Positions 13,993 to 26,695 of a stretch of DNA of 64,000 nt are shown here, one piece after another (position 1 is the stretch's first letter; each line of letters begins with the position of its first letter). The position numbers were made by a program, and so were the translations under genes. The stretch comes from Vicugna vicugna (lineage: Eukaryota). The notes under the pieces were generated by a model. It saw only the letters and a program-made list of their open reading frames with translations, was not told the origin of the DNA and made no database searches. The stretch is from the NCBI GenBank assembly GCA_013265495.1, contig MU058531.1, positions 2,232,911-2,296,910 on the forward strand, read 5' to 3'.

Positions 13993-15329
13993 GTTTATAG
14001 TTCTGACTTTATCATCCAAAAATAATGGATAACTACAACCAATTTAATCTACTTAAAATAAAACCAGGGGATAGCCTCAACAAAACACAGAAAAGCTGTG
14101 TATGTATTAAACCCCTCACCTATTTATTTTTAAAAATCTAAGCCAGAAAAGGCATAAATGAAGAAAGGGGGAAACTAATAATGAAGAAAGAGAGAGGTTT
14201 GCAGAAATCTTGTCCTTGAGTAAACAGCCTAGTACACAAGTAAAGGGACCTGCCTCAGAAAGGAGCACAGCCAGGATACGGCACAGATTCCTACTGAATG
14301 CTCAGTCAGTACTCAGAAACTCTTTATAGGGATCCTACCTCAATGAAGCCCTTAGGTAGATTCCATTATTCTCATTTTTCCTGGATGGGGAAGTTAAATT
14401 GCATAGTTATTTGGCTACGGCGACACAGGCATTAAATAAAAGGACTAAGATTCAAACCCAATTCTTTACGCACCAAAGCACCATGCTCTTAATCACTCCA
14501 CCAAGTTAACAAGTTTATCTTATGTACAAAGACTAAATCCCTAGGATACTCACAGAAGCATTCAGTATGGTTATCTATGGACAGCAGACTATTAGGTGGT
14601 CTTAATTCTTTGTACTTTTCGTAACAGCACAGAAAGAATCTCTGAAAAGATAAAACTTAATGGACTTGAATGTACTAGTCTCTGCTTACTAAATTTATAA
14701 GCCCGAGGTGAACTTCTTGTTGTTGTTGTTAACTTGCATCAGCTACATCACAACAGGGCTAATAATAAAGAAAAAATCTAAGTTCCATTTCCATTCACTG
14801 TTGTTGCTGATAACTTGGTTCCCCTTCAGAAACCAGTTTGTTGGCTCACAACTGGTACAATTTCCAAACAAATTTTTAAAATTATTTGTGATGTAAGGGG
14901 AAAGCTTTAAGCAGACAACAAACAGAACCCCCAGCCTAATCCTGGAACCTACCTCCTCATTCAGTTGCTGACCTAATGTGGTTTGGCCCAATGCTGCTGT
15001 CAATTTTAGGATTCACTTTGTTTCTTTTACAAATAGGATAAGAACTGTAGGCAGTTTAGGAAGTAACAGCCTAGATGCTGACCTTTTATTTTTAAACCAC
15101 AGATGCTATTCTATTTATTTAGATACAGACTTAAGCAAACTTACCCCTCAAGCCCCATCTAGGTGGCTGCCTACAACTTTGAAATTATAACCCTGTTGTT
15201 GTGTCCAAAAATAAAATAAATAAACATACAACACTTTCTTCTCCTCTTCATAGCAATGGTGGCATTTTTATTGTTATTAGTCTACATTATTGAACACAGC
15301 TATATGATGGAGACATACACATTACATGC

Positions 15330-15490
15330 CTTTCCTCATTTCATTCTTACCATAAACCTATGAGGTGGATACTATTATTGTCCCCATTTTGCTGATGAGG
15401 AAAAAAGCTTGAAGAGGGCAGTAATGAGTACCAGATTACACACACGTAAGGGGCAGAGTCCAGGCATTGTGGCTCCAGAATCCTAACAGC
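15330..15490. mobile_element. MIR SINE (other copies near 2090, 14340, 30500, 41340, 41690, 43930)
   Basis: Core ccccattttgctgatgaggaaa and flanks resemble MIR. Confidence 0.65.
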
Positions 15491-15939
15491 AATGTAAGCC
15501 AAAAGATAATGATATACATCTTCATGTATCAGAATGGACTCTTCCACAATACTATGACCAATCCATAAAAGCAATGTTTAAATATTTAAGACTATTAGGT
15601 AAAAGAGTGAACCCACTTTGTGCTGCTTTATTTTATTTTTCTTTTATTTTTATAATTACTTATATAATAAAGAAACAAAGCTATTAATGCTGATTGCAGA
15701 TAGTTTTTATTAAGTATAAGAAAATACAAATTACCTTGATTGCATCATTTAAAGATAAACATTTTTAATGTATTTCCTTCTAGAAAATGTACTTACATAC
15801 TTTTCCCATATAAACGGTTACAAACTTAAGTCCAACAACCCACTCTATACTTAAGACTCCCTATTCAAACAGCACCTGTTTGACAGCTACCCTAGAAAAA
15901 CCCTAGGAAAAAGGCAAGGTAAGATAGAGCTGTCTTTCA

Positions 15940-17181
15940 AGACACCATAAACCTTCTAGAAGAGAACACAGGCAAAACATTATCTGATATAAATTGTACC
16001 AATGTTCTCCTAGGGCAGTTCTACCAAGGCAATAGAAATAAAAGCAAAAATGAATAAATGTGACCTTATTAAAATGACAAGCTTTTGCACAGCAAAGGAA
16101 ATCATAAGCAAAACAACAGCTTACAGAATGGGGGAAAATATTTGCAAATGACGTGACTGACAAAAGGCTTAATTTCCAGAATATACAAACAGCTCATACA
16201 ACTTATTAACAAAAAACAAACAACTCAATCAAAAAATGGGCAGAAGGCCTAAACAAACAATTCTCCAATGAAGACATACAAATGGCCAATAGGCTCATGA
16301 AAAATGCTCAGTATCACTAATTAACAGAGAAATACAAATCAAAATTACAGTGAGGTATCACCTCGCACCGGTCAGAATAGCCATCATTAAAAAGTCCACA
16401 AATGATAAATGCTGAAGAAGGTGTGAGAAAAAAGGGAATCTTCCTACACTGTTGGTGGAAATGTAGTTTGGTGCAGCCATTATAGAAAACAGTATGGAGA
16501 TTCCTTAAAAAACTAAAAACAGACTTACCATATAATCCAGCAATCCCATTCTTGGGCATATATCTGGAGAAAATTATAATTCAAAAAGAAACATGCATCC
16601 CAATGTTTATAGCAGCATTATTTACAATAGCCAAGACATGGAAGCAACTTAAATGTTCATTGATAGATGACTGGAAAAGAAGTTGTGGGTGCGTGTGTGG
16701 GTGTAATGTATTATGACTCAACCATAAAAAAGAATGAAATAATGCCATTTGCTGCAACATGGATGGACCTAGAGATTGTACTAAGTGAAGTAAGCCAGAA
16801 AGAGAAAGAAAAATATCATACAATATTTTATGTGGAATTTATACGTGGAATCTTAAAAAAATGACACAAATGAACTCATTTACAAAACAGAAACAAACTC
16901 AAAGCACAGAAAACAAACTTATGGTTAGCAGAGGGAAAAAGGAGTGTAGAGGTATAAAATGGGAGCTTGGGATTTGCAGATATTAACTACTGTATATAAA
17001 ATACATAAACAACAAGGTCCTACTATATAGCACAGGGAACTATATTCAGTATCTTGTAATAGTTTATAATGGAAAAGAATAGAAAAAGGAAAAAAAAAAT
17101 ATATATATATTACTGAATTACTATACTGTACACCAGAAACACATTGTAAATCGACTATTCTTCAATTAAAATAAATAAATA
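15940..17181 (+). mobile_element. 5'-truncated lineage-specific L1 (~1.24 kb)
   Basis: ORF2 C-terminus (KKNEIMPFAATWMDLE), 3' UTR, A-tail; degenerate 19-bp TSD 15921-15939 / 17182-17200 (15/19 identical). Confidence 0.92.
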
Positions 17182-17433
17182 AAGACAGTGTTGTCTTTGA
17201 GTATATGGTTACCCAAACCCTTTTCCATCACTTTCTGTTCCCTGAATTTTGCAGACAACATACAAAGTTAGGCCTTGTCCCCAGCTCTATTTAGAAACTT
17301 TAGAGTATTTAAAATAAAGACTAATGCAAATTTTAAAATATCTGCATTCCTGAGTGGGATGAGAAGAGTAGAATTGCTCCTGATTGCCCAGCATGGTAGT
17401 TGAAGCCTAAGCAGGGATAAGAAGGCATGCAGT

Positions 17434-17545
17434 AAAAAAGAAGAGGAGGAGGAGGAGGAGGAGGAGGGGAGGGGGAGGGGGAGGGGGAAGAAGAAGGAGA
17501 AGGAGAGGAAGAGGAAGAGGAAGAAGAAGAAGAAGAAGAAGAAGG
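17434..17545. repeat. Compound polypurine microsatellite (GAG)n-(GGGGGA)n-(GAA)n
   Basis: 112 consecutive purines on the + strand. Confidence 0.97.
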
Positions 17546-17769
17546 CATGCATACTTTTGAGGAAACAGCCTTGAATGGGGTGTCAAAGCGCTAACAGAAT
17601 AAAAAAGGCAACCACTCCTGGGACAGCCCAACATGGGGTGACAGTGCCCAGGAAGCACCTCAAAGGGAAGGAGGTGGCAGCAGGGATAATATATTGGTTA
17701 CATTTAGAGGGATGAATAATTAAATAAGTATATTTATTAAGGATAATGATGGAATATAAAAAAAACATA

Positions 17770-18058
17770 AATACAAAACAGAAACAGACTCATAGACATA
17801 GAATACAAACTTGTGGTTGCCAAGGGGGCAGGGGGTGGGAAGGGACAGACTGAGGTTTCAAAATGTAGAACAGATAAACAAGATTATACTGTATAGCACA
17901 GGGAAATACATACAAGATCTTATGGTAGCTCACAGAAAAAAAAAATGTGACTATATACATATGTTCATGTATAATTGAAAAATTGTGCTCTACACTGGAA
18001 TTTGACACGTTGTAAAATAACTATAAGTCAATTGAAAAAAAGTTAAAAAAAAAAAGCA
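17770..18058 (+). mobile_element. L1 3' UTR fragment with A-tail
   Basis: Colinear with the 3' UTR at 16880-17180 (tacaaaacagaaaca..., tatagcacagggaa). Confidence 0.85.
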
Positions 18059-18716
18059 AAGACAGGTATGGATTAAGGAAAAATAAAAATAAAAACTGTA
18101 GAGCAGAAAAAGAAAAAAAGGATAACAAGAATCAGAGTCCTTACTATCAGGGCAAAGAACTACAAACATGGAAAGGAAAAAAGCTAAAATGAACCTTGTA
18201 GTTTATTGGAATTGGAGGTTATCCTTGTGACTCATGGTTTTCAATATATATAAACAAATAGGAAATAAATGTAGATGCTAATGTGTATCTGTGTGTGTAC
18301 AGAATATCTATCTATATCTATATCAAATACCTATTTATTTATATACGTGTATTTCTAGCTCTGATACTAAGAGTGCCTGGATGCAGTTATCCTCCTTCTC
18401 TTTCTCCCCAAACAGCAACGAGTACTCTTAGCACCTGGAACCTGGTTTCTAAATTTTATTCTCCACTGAAAGGAACCAGGGTTCCTTGGGAAATGGTTGA
18501 TTCCAGGACTACGGCTGGGAAATTGCAAGATGAGCCTGGAATACCTTGTTATGTCAAAAAATAAGTACTGGATGTTAAATGGATATCAGAGCCAGCCTGA
18601 AAAGGCTCCCATTGCCCATATATGGGACAATTTGAACTTCAGATTAAATAATGACAGTAATGTATTAAAACCCTTTAAATAAAATAAGACATCAAAAGCC
18701 CATACTGATATAAATA

Positions 18717-18815
18717 GGGGGAGGGGATAGCTCAGTGGCAGAGCACATGTTTAACATGCACGAGGTCCTGGGTTCAATCTCCAATACCTCCATTAAAAAA
18801 ATACAACAAAAAAAG
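18717..18815 (+). mobile_element. tRNA-derived SINE, Vic-1-like
   Basis: ggggaggggatagctcagtggcagagc (A box) ... gggttcaatctcc (B box), A-rich tail. Confidence 0.85.
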
Positions 18816-19104
18816 ACAAAACTAACTCTGAAGTAAATCAGTAAAGGATATAATTGGAAAACTGGTAATATTCAAATGGAATCTGAAGTTTAAATGGTAG
18901 TAATGTATCAATGTTAATTTTCTGATTTTAATGACTATATTATGGCTATACAGAATGTCCTGTTAATAGGAAATCACACTAAAGAATTAGAAGGTGACAG
19001 TGCATCAAACTGGCAGCTTACTGTCAAACGTCTCAGGAAAATACTCTTTTTACTATAGTTGCAATTTTTCAGCATGAGACTTTTAAAAATACATCTCTTC
19101 ATAC

Positions 19105-21200
19105 CTCTTCATGATTAAAAAAAAAAAAGTCAACAAATTAGGAATAGAAGGGAACTTCTTCAACCTGATAAAGGATATCTATGAAAAAGCCAAAGCTGGC
19201 AACATAATTAATGGTGAAAGACTGAATGCTTTCACCTTAAGATCAAGAACAATACAAGGATGTCCACCCACTCCATTTCTATTCAGCACTGTACTGGAGG
19301 TTCTAGCCAGACCAATTAGGCAAGAAATTGAAATAAAGACATCCAAATTTGAAGGGTAGAAATAAAACTAGCTCTTTTCACAGAAGACATAATCTTGTAT
19401 ATATAGTAAAAAAAAAAAATCAACTGTACTTCCTAAAACAGCAAAGAATAAACTAAAATTGAAATAAGAAAACAATTCCATTTACAATAGCATCAAAAAA
19501 TAAAACAGAAATAAATTTAACAAGGAAATGTAAAACTTATACAGTGAAAACTGCAAAATGTTGTTCTAAGTAATTAAAGAAGATCAAACAAATGGAAAGA
19601 ACTCCATATTCATGGATTAGAAGATTTAATATCTTTAAAATAACAATACTCCTCAAATAGATCAAAATCCCATCTGGTTGCTTCTCTGCAGAAATTGACA
19701 AGTCCATCCTAAAATCTGTACAAAAATGTAAGGGATGCAGGATACTGAAAACAATCTTGAAAAGTAAAAACAAAGTTAGAGGATGCACACTTCCTGATTT
19801 CAAAACTTACTATAAAGCTATAGTAATCAAAATAGTGTGGTCTGGATAAGGACAGGCTTACATATTAATGGAATAGATTGAAAGTTCAGAGTAAATCCTC
19901 ATCTTTACAATTAACTGATTTCTGACAAGGATTCCGAAACATTTCAATGGGGAAAGAAAATCTTTTCAACAAATGATGCTTTTCAATTAGATATCCACAT
20001 GCAAAAACATGAAGCTGTACTCCTACCTTACACCATACACAAAAATTAACTCAAAACATATCAAAGACCTAGATATAAGGTAAGAGCTAAAACAATAAAA
20101 CTCTTAAAAGGAAACATAGGGTAAATCTTTATGACCTTGGACTAGGCAGTGGTTTCTTACATATGACACCAAAAGCATAAGCAATTTAAAAAATGATAAA
20201 TTAAACATGACCAAAATTTAAAACTTTGTTTCAAAACACATAATCAAGAAAATAAAAAGATAACCTACAGAATGGGATAAAATACTTGCAAATCATACAT
20301 CTGATAAGTAACTTATATTTAGAATATATAAGGAACACTTACAACTCAATAAAAAGACAACCCAGCTGAAAAAAATCGGCAAAGGATCTGAACCAACTTT
20401 TCTCCAGAGAAGATATACAATGGATAATAAGCATATGAAAAGATACTTAACATCATTAATCATCAGGGAAATGCAAATCAAAACTGCAATGAAATATCAC
20501 CTCACACACACAAGATGGCTATCACAAAAAACACATATAATAACAGGTGTTAGCAAGGATGTAAAGAAACTGGAACTCTCATATACTGCTGGTAGGAATA
20601 TAAAATGATGCAGCTACCTTATAAAATAGACTGGTAGTTCCTCCAAAAGTTAAACAGAGTTTCCACACAACATAGCATTTACATTCCTAGGTATATACCA
20701 AGAGAAATGAGAACATATAGCCATATGGAACTTGTACATAAATGTTCATAGCTGTATTATTCATAATATCCCAAGACAAGGAAATAACCTAAATGCCCAT
20801 CAACTGATGAACGGATAAATAAAATACATCATATTCATATAATGAAATATTATTCAGCAATAAAAAGGAATGAAGCAGTGACACATGCTCCAACATGGAT
20901 AAACTTTGAAAACATTATGCTAAGTGAAAAAAGCCAAACACAAAAGACCACATATTATATGATTAATATTCAGAATAGGCAAATCCACAGAGACAGAAAA
21001 TAAATTAATGGTTGCCAGAGGCTAGAGGAAGAGGGAAATAGGAAGTCAATGTTAAAGGGTATGGAATTTCTTTTTGAGAGGATGAAGATGTTTAAAACTG
21101 ATTGTGGTGATGGCTGTACAACTCTGTGAATACACTAAAAACCACTTAATGGTATACTTTAAATGAGTGAATTGTATGGAATCAATAAAGTTATAATAAA
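19105..21200 (+). mobile_element. L1MB-like element, degraded ORF2 3' half and 3' UTR
   Basis: RT remnants ([37 protein letters not shown]). Confidence 0.92.
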
Positions 21201-23034
21201 TATAAATATATATATAACACTTATAATTATTACTATAACCCCTAATTTGTTCATTACTCTAATATCTGTAGAAAGATATTTTGTATTTTGCTGAGTCATG
21301 ATAGAATTAGTATCAGTTTGGCTTATTGATTTATAAGTTTAAATACAAACAAATAACCATTTTACCTTAAAAAAAAAAAGGCTATTGTTTTAACCATGTA
21401 TCCAACTGAACAAATAGTATTGTCTACTCACCTTCTAGGAATGCTATCTTCCCAGAGTCAGTGTTCGCATCTGCCTTATGTATGTGACCTGATCTACCAG
21501 AGATCCTAATGGAGTCATCCTGTTTCTCTCTGTCTTCCCTCCCCTGTTGCATTAAACTCAGCATCTTCTTGATATACTGTACACTAATTAGTTCTCCTTT
21601 CCTGCTCTCTCTTGTTGGGCATCTCTGAAGACACCTCAAAAGACTGGGAGAAGTGACTTGCTATTCCTTTTATGTGTGCCTACCTAGCCCAGGTTGACAG
21701 CTCTACCTATTTTCCTAGAAGCAAGCTTAACACTTCTACACTCACACACTCTCAACTCCTTCAGCCTTGCCTAGGGTCTAGACTATAAGGTAAATTTAGA
21801 AGCAGCAGAGCTGCCAATTGAAATGAACTTCTTAGGAGCTGTGGGATTTTTCATTTATTCAACCACATACAGTTGCCATAGGGATCAAATAACATGATGT
21901 GTTAATTCTTTATAAACCATAAACAAGGCAGGGAGTAGTCCTGATTACACAATCATTTCTGTAACTTCACAGCAATTTATATGCGTATTTTGTTTCATTT
22001 TAACTATTACCCAAAACCTCCAGTATGACTAAAAACTAGTAAGACTGGTTTTCTCCCATCACTTTTTAGCAAGGCTCACAAATTTAAATGTGTACAAGGC
22101 CAAAAAGGTAACGTAAATGAGCAAATTGTAGTAAGAAGGAATATATGTCCCATATGAAAGGAAAGTAGAAAGTAAATCTTAGCTCAGGCCAGGCGCTGCC
22201 AGGAAGGAATGGGGGCCCAGCATCACAGGTCTCGCGACTCTCCCTAAAGGGACTAAACTCTTGGGATTTTTAAGTGCTGATACACATTTAAAAAATATAG
22301 ACTGCAAAACACATCCCAGCCTACTGGTTCACGACCACATGCTTTTATAGCTGGCTAGAATAACTCCCTAAAATAAAAACTACACAAAGTAATGAGGTAG
22401 CAACATTTTAGCACAAATAAAGAAAAGGAACGACATTATCAGCAGAAGCCAATGCTGTTTAAAAATCGAAACTTATTCAAACAGGGATTTTGAAGCTACT
22501 TAATAGTCCAATGCCTAATAAAAAGAGGCCGTTGCAAGGGAACCCATTCAAGATAACAAAGCCAACCCATGCCAAAGAGGGCTAAACTCAGGTCTTCTGA
22601 CTACTAGACAGAGTGACTTTTTCACTACATCACACTGGCTCCCAAGGGAATAGAATTATATGGAGAATGAGACATTTTGTCATGGGATGGAAGTTCGGAG
22701 TACAAACTCAGAACCAGGAGTCCAATTCACTGTTATCTTCCTGGAACAGACTCTGAGATCAAGAATATTTTACCCTAGATTAAATGGCACCCAATACCTA
22801 GCCCTTCAGATAGTGACTAATGATCTGTACATGGTGACTTGTATTAGCTATCAGAAGAGCACACAAGAACCACCGAGTACTCCCAGGGAAGAACGGGAGG
22901 TGGAAACTTTCACCAACTGAAGACAGAAGGAAAAAAATAGAGCTGATGTTTGTTTCCATTTTTCTTGTTTGAAAAGCAAAATTTCAAATGCGCTTGCTCC
23001 ATAAAAGCAAATCTCTTTTTTCAGTTAAAAACAA

Positions 23035-23570
23035 AGGACTTCATTCTTTCTATGGATGAGTAATATTCCGTTGTGTGGAATATACATACACACACACACC
23101 CAAATCATCTTTATCCATTCATCTATTGATGGGCACTGAGGTTACTTCTACATCTTGGCTGTTATAAATAATGCTGCAGTAAACATATAGGACTGCATAT
23201 ATCTTTTTGAATTAGTGTTACCATTTTCTTCAGAGAAATACCCAAGAGTGGAATTGCTAGATCATATGGTAGTTCTATTTTTAATTTTTTGAGGAATCTC
23301 CATACTGTCTTCCACAACGGCTGCACCAATTTACATTCCCACCAACAGTGCACAAAGGTTCCCTTTTCTCTACATCCTCACTAACACTTGTTATTTGTTG
23401 TCTTTTTGATGATAGCCATCCTGACAGGTGTGAGGTGATATCTCATTCTGGTTTTGATTTGCATTTCCCTGATGATTAGTGATGCTGAGCATTTTTTCAT
23501 GTGCCTATTGGCCATCTGTATGTCTTCTTTCAAAAAATATCTATTCAGATCCTCTGCCCATTTTTTTATT
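23035..23570 (-). mobile_element. L1 ORF2 3' fragment
   Basis: [38 protein letters not shown], the L1 ORF2 cysteine-rich region. Confidence 0.92.
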
Positions 23571-25589
23571 AGGCACTATTTAACTCTTAAAACTGCCTGC
23601 ATTACTGTATGTTAAATTGATTCATTTAAGTTTTCCCTTAAAGGGCAGGATTTTGATTTTTAGCATATATGTAATATGTCATGTGTTCTTCAAAAAAAAA
23701 AATTACCAGTGCCTAATTCAGAATCTCGGTCCTTAAGAAAGTCAATTATGCATTAGGTTTGCCCCACAAACCATTTTATCTTGTACATAGAAGAAAACAA
23801 AAACAAAGACAAATGAGTTAATGGGGCCCATTATGCAAGTCACTGAATTGTTGGATATTTTTTATCCAGTTACTATTGCAAGAGAACTGGGATTCTTTGT
23901 GACAAAAAGCTCCATAATAAGCAGTATTATCTTCCTCATAAACTCATCCTGATTGAGGCTCTCTTGTTACAGTACAAGGAAACTAGCGCTATTTTAAAAA
24001 TTAAAACTGCTAAGAGTAGCAACTGATTATAAATACTGATATGCATCAGATGAGCTAAGGATTATTATTATATATATCACTTCATAAAACAATTATATAA
24101 CTCTACTGCCAGCAACTCAATTGCCCTAGCATCATAATTCCAATTGATTATGAGAAACTGCCTATTCTCAGAGCCACAGTACAGCTAGAGAGCAAGGCAA
24201 AATTCCTTTTGAGGTTCTAACAGATCAGAGTTTTTATAAACATAATGTCTCAGATTCGTGGAGGTAGCTGGAACTTTAAAGATGATCTGGTCCAGCACCC
24301 ACAACCACACAGCCAAGCTAATGGCAAACCAAGACCAGAATCCAATTGAATTGAGGCTTTGTATGTAGAGCTCTCTCCCACCACACTGTCCTGTCCCTTA
24401 TGTCCTACACTTTTTCAAACCAACTTAGTTCCTATGAATAACTCAGAACTGCAAGAAGTCTTAGAAATACACTCCAACCTCTAATTTCTTTATAATAAGA
24501 AACATACACACAAATGCTAGTTACTGGCTACATTGACATTTAGAGTATGGAAATGGCAAACTGTGAGCAAAAATTGAATCGTGTTTATGATTAGAGCTTC
24601 CTACTTCCAGGAGCCTATGTCCCTGACAAATTCATCTAACAAATACTGAACTCCTACTATGTGCCAGGCACTGTTCTGGGTACCAGGGATACCATTATAG
24701 GGGACCCTTGCTCCTTCAGAGCTCCTGGCCCCAATATAATTCTACATGTCCTAAAATATAGCAGCGTGTAACACTGGGCAAAGGATCATCATGATCTTTC
24801 CATTGAACTCTTCCCTGAGATACCAATCTACAAACTGGATCATCATGCTGTTTCTCTTTCTGGGTGTTTACAGACTGCTCAGTCTTGTCTGCTGCCCTGA
24901 GGGGCCTCAAGTCATTGAACTTCCCAATACAGCCAGCTCTTGAAGTGCCAACAAGACTGCACCACTGTGCTCCACTGCTGCACCTGACCAATCTGTTCTC
25001 TTGGTATGCCATTAGAACACCAGCCACCCACCAGGCAGCAAAGACATCTCATCTGGCTGGATTTCTTCCCACTGTGTGCAGCCGAATGTCCTCACAAGAG
25101 CCTTCCCTACCCTGGTGGTTCCTCCTAGCTAATTTCAAAGTCACTCAGGCCCAAGTTCTTAGGCCTCTTTGATGCCTCCATCTTCCCCCCATACCCAGTC
25201 AAATCTGCTGAATCTCCTTTCACACCTAACTTCTGCAGACACTCTCCTTCCCTTGTTATTTGCACTACTTCTCTATCTTTTTGTTAATCTCTGCCTGCAT
25301 TTCAACTGTGCTTCCAAAAACCAGCCAGATTGTCAAAAAACACAGCTTTCACATGCCACTCTAGTACTCAAAAGGTATCTGAGGCTCTCTACTTCCTTTA
25401 GGACAAAATCTTACTGTCCCTTGATTACATTGTGAATTGTCCTACTTCTGAGCCTTTACTAATACCATTCCTTCTGTCTAAAATATTCTTTCTCTTCCCC
25501 ATTTCTGTTCATCCAAATCTTCCATTTCCTTCAAAGACACTTACTCCAATACTAGGTTCTCTATGAAGCCCTAACTGATCTCACTGGTA

Positions 25590-26360
25590 GAAAAGCATTC
25601 TCAGCTAAGGGAAAACAGTGCAAATAATCTGAGCAAGAGTGAATCAAGTAAGGAGACCAGTAAGACTGGATGGAGTGAAAGTGATTATTTTGGAAACAAG
25701 ATCAGAGAGGTAGTGAGAGGCCAGCCAGATGCCAGAGAGGCTGCACTGCCACCCTGGGCAACTTCAGTAAGACCACCTTTGATGTCATCTCCAAGTCTCT
25801 ACAGCTATCTCACCCCCAATCTCTGGAAAGAGAAGTTGTTCATCAAGTCTCCCTATCAGGAAGTCACTGACCACCTCATGAAGACCCACACCAGAGTTTC
25901 CGTGCAGAGGACTCAGGCTCCAGCTGTGGCCACCACATAGTTTTATATGTGAAAAATAAAGTGAATGAAGCCTGTTTAAAAAAGAAAAAAAGAGGTTATT
26001 ATAGTCATCTGGGTAAAAGGGTGTGGTTAGAACCAGGGTGGTGGCAGTGAAAAGGGTCTGAATCTGGATGTATATGTTGACTGGATGAGAAATATAAGAA
26101 CAAAAAAGGAGCTAAGGATGATTCCAAGGTGTTAGCCTAAACAAGCTGAAGAAGAGATGTCATTAACTGAGATAAGGGAGACGACTGGCAGGAGCAGTTG
26201 TGAGATACAAGATTTGGAGACAGGTTTTGGACATGGTAAGCTTAAAACGTATATTAGACATCCAAAGGAAAATGTTAAGTAGGAAGTTTATTACCTAAAT
26301 ACAAAATTCAGGGGAGAGGTTCTGGTTAGAGATATACATTTGGGAATTGTCAAATAAAGA
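25590..26360. mobile_element. L2 LINE fragments
   Basis: ttttggacatggtaagcttaaaacgtatattagacatccaa and similar L2-type motifs; more pieces at 27330-27900. Confidence 0.6.
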
Positions 26361-26369
26361 TCAGGCCAG

Positions 26370-26695
26370 TTTCATAAAACTTCTGTGATGATGGATATGT
26401 TCTATATTTGCACTGCCTCATATGGCAGCTACAAGCCACATGTGACTTGAAATGTGGATAGGGTGACTAAGGAACTGAATTTTAAACTTTAGTTAATTTA
26501 CATTTTTAAAAAATGTTGGGGAGGTGGAATAAGGTTTATTTATTATTTAATGGAGGTACTGGAGATTGTACTGGGGAGGTACAAGAACATCATGCATCCT
26601 AAGCATACACTCTACTACTGAGCTATACTCTTCCCCCCTTAATTTACATTTAAATAAGCACATGTGGTTTAGTGGATACATATTGGAAAAAGCAC
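26370..26695. mobile_element. MER3-like hAT element split by a SINE
   Basis: aaacttctgtgatgatgga...aagccacatgtgacttgaaatgtgg...gaactgaatttta; resumes after 26639. Confidence 0.7.
26506..26638 (-). mobile_element. tRNA-derived SINE, Vic-1-like
   Basis: Reverse-complement SINE head; perfect 13-bp TSD ttaatttacattt at 26493-26505 and 26639-26651. Confidence 0.88.

Noticed and set aside
17268..17658. Poly-Ser/Pro/Phe/Leu ORFs
   Set aside because: Translation of the purine/pyrimidine microsatellite
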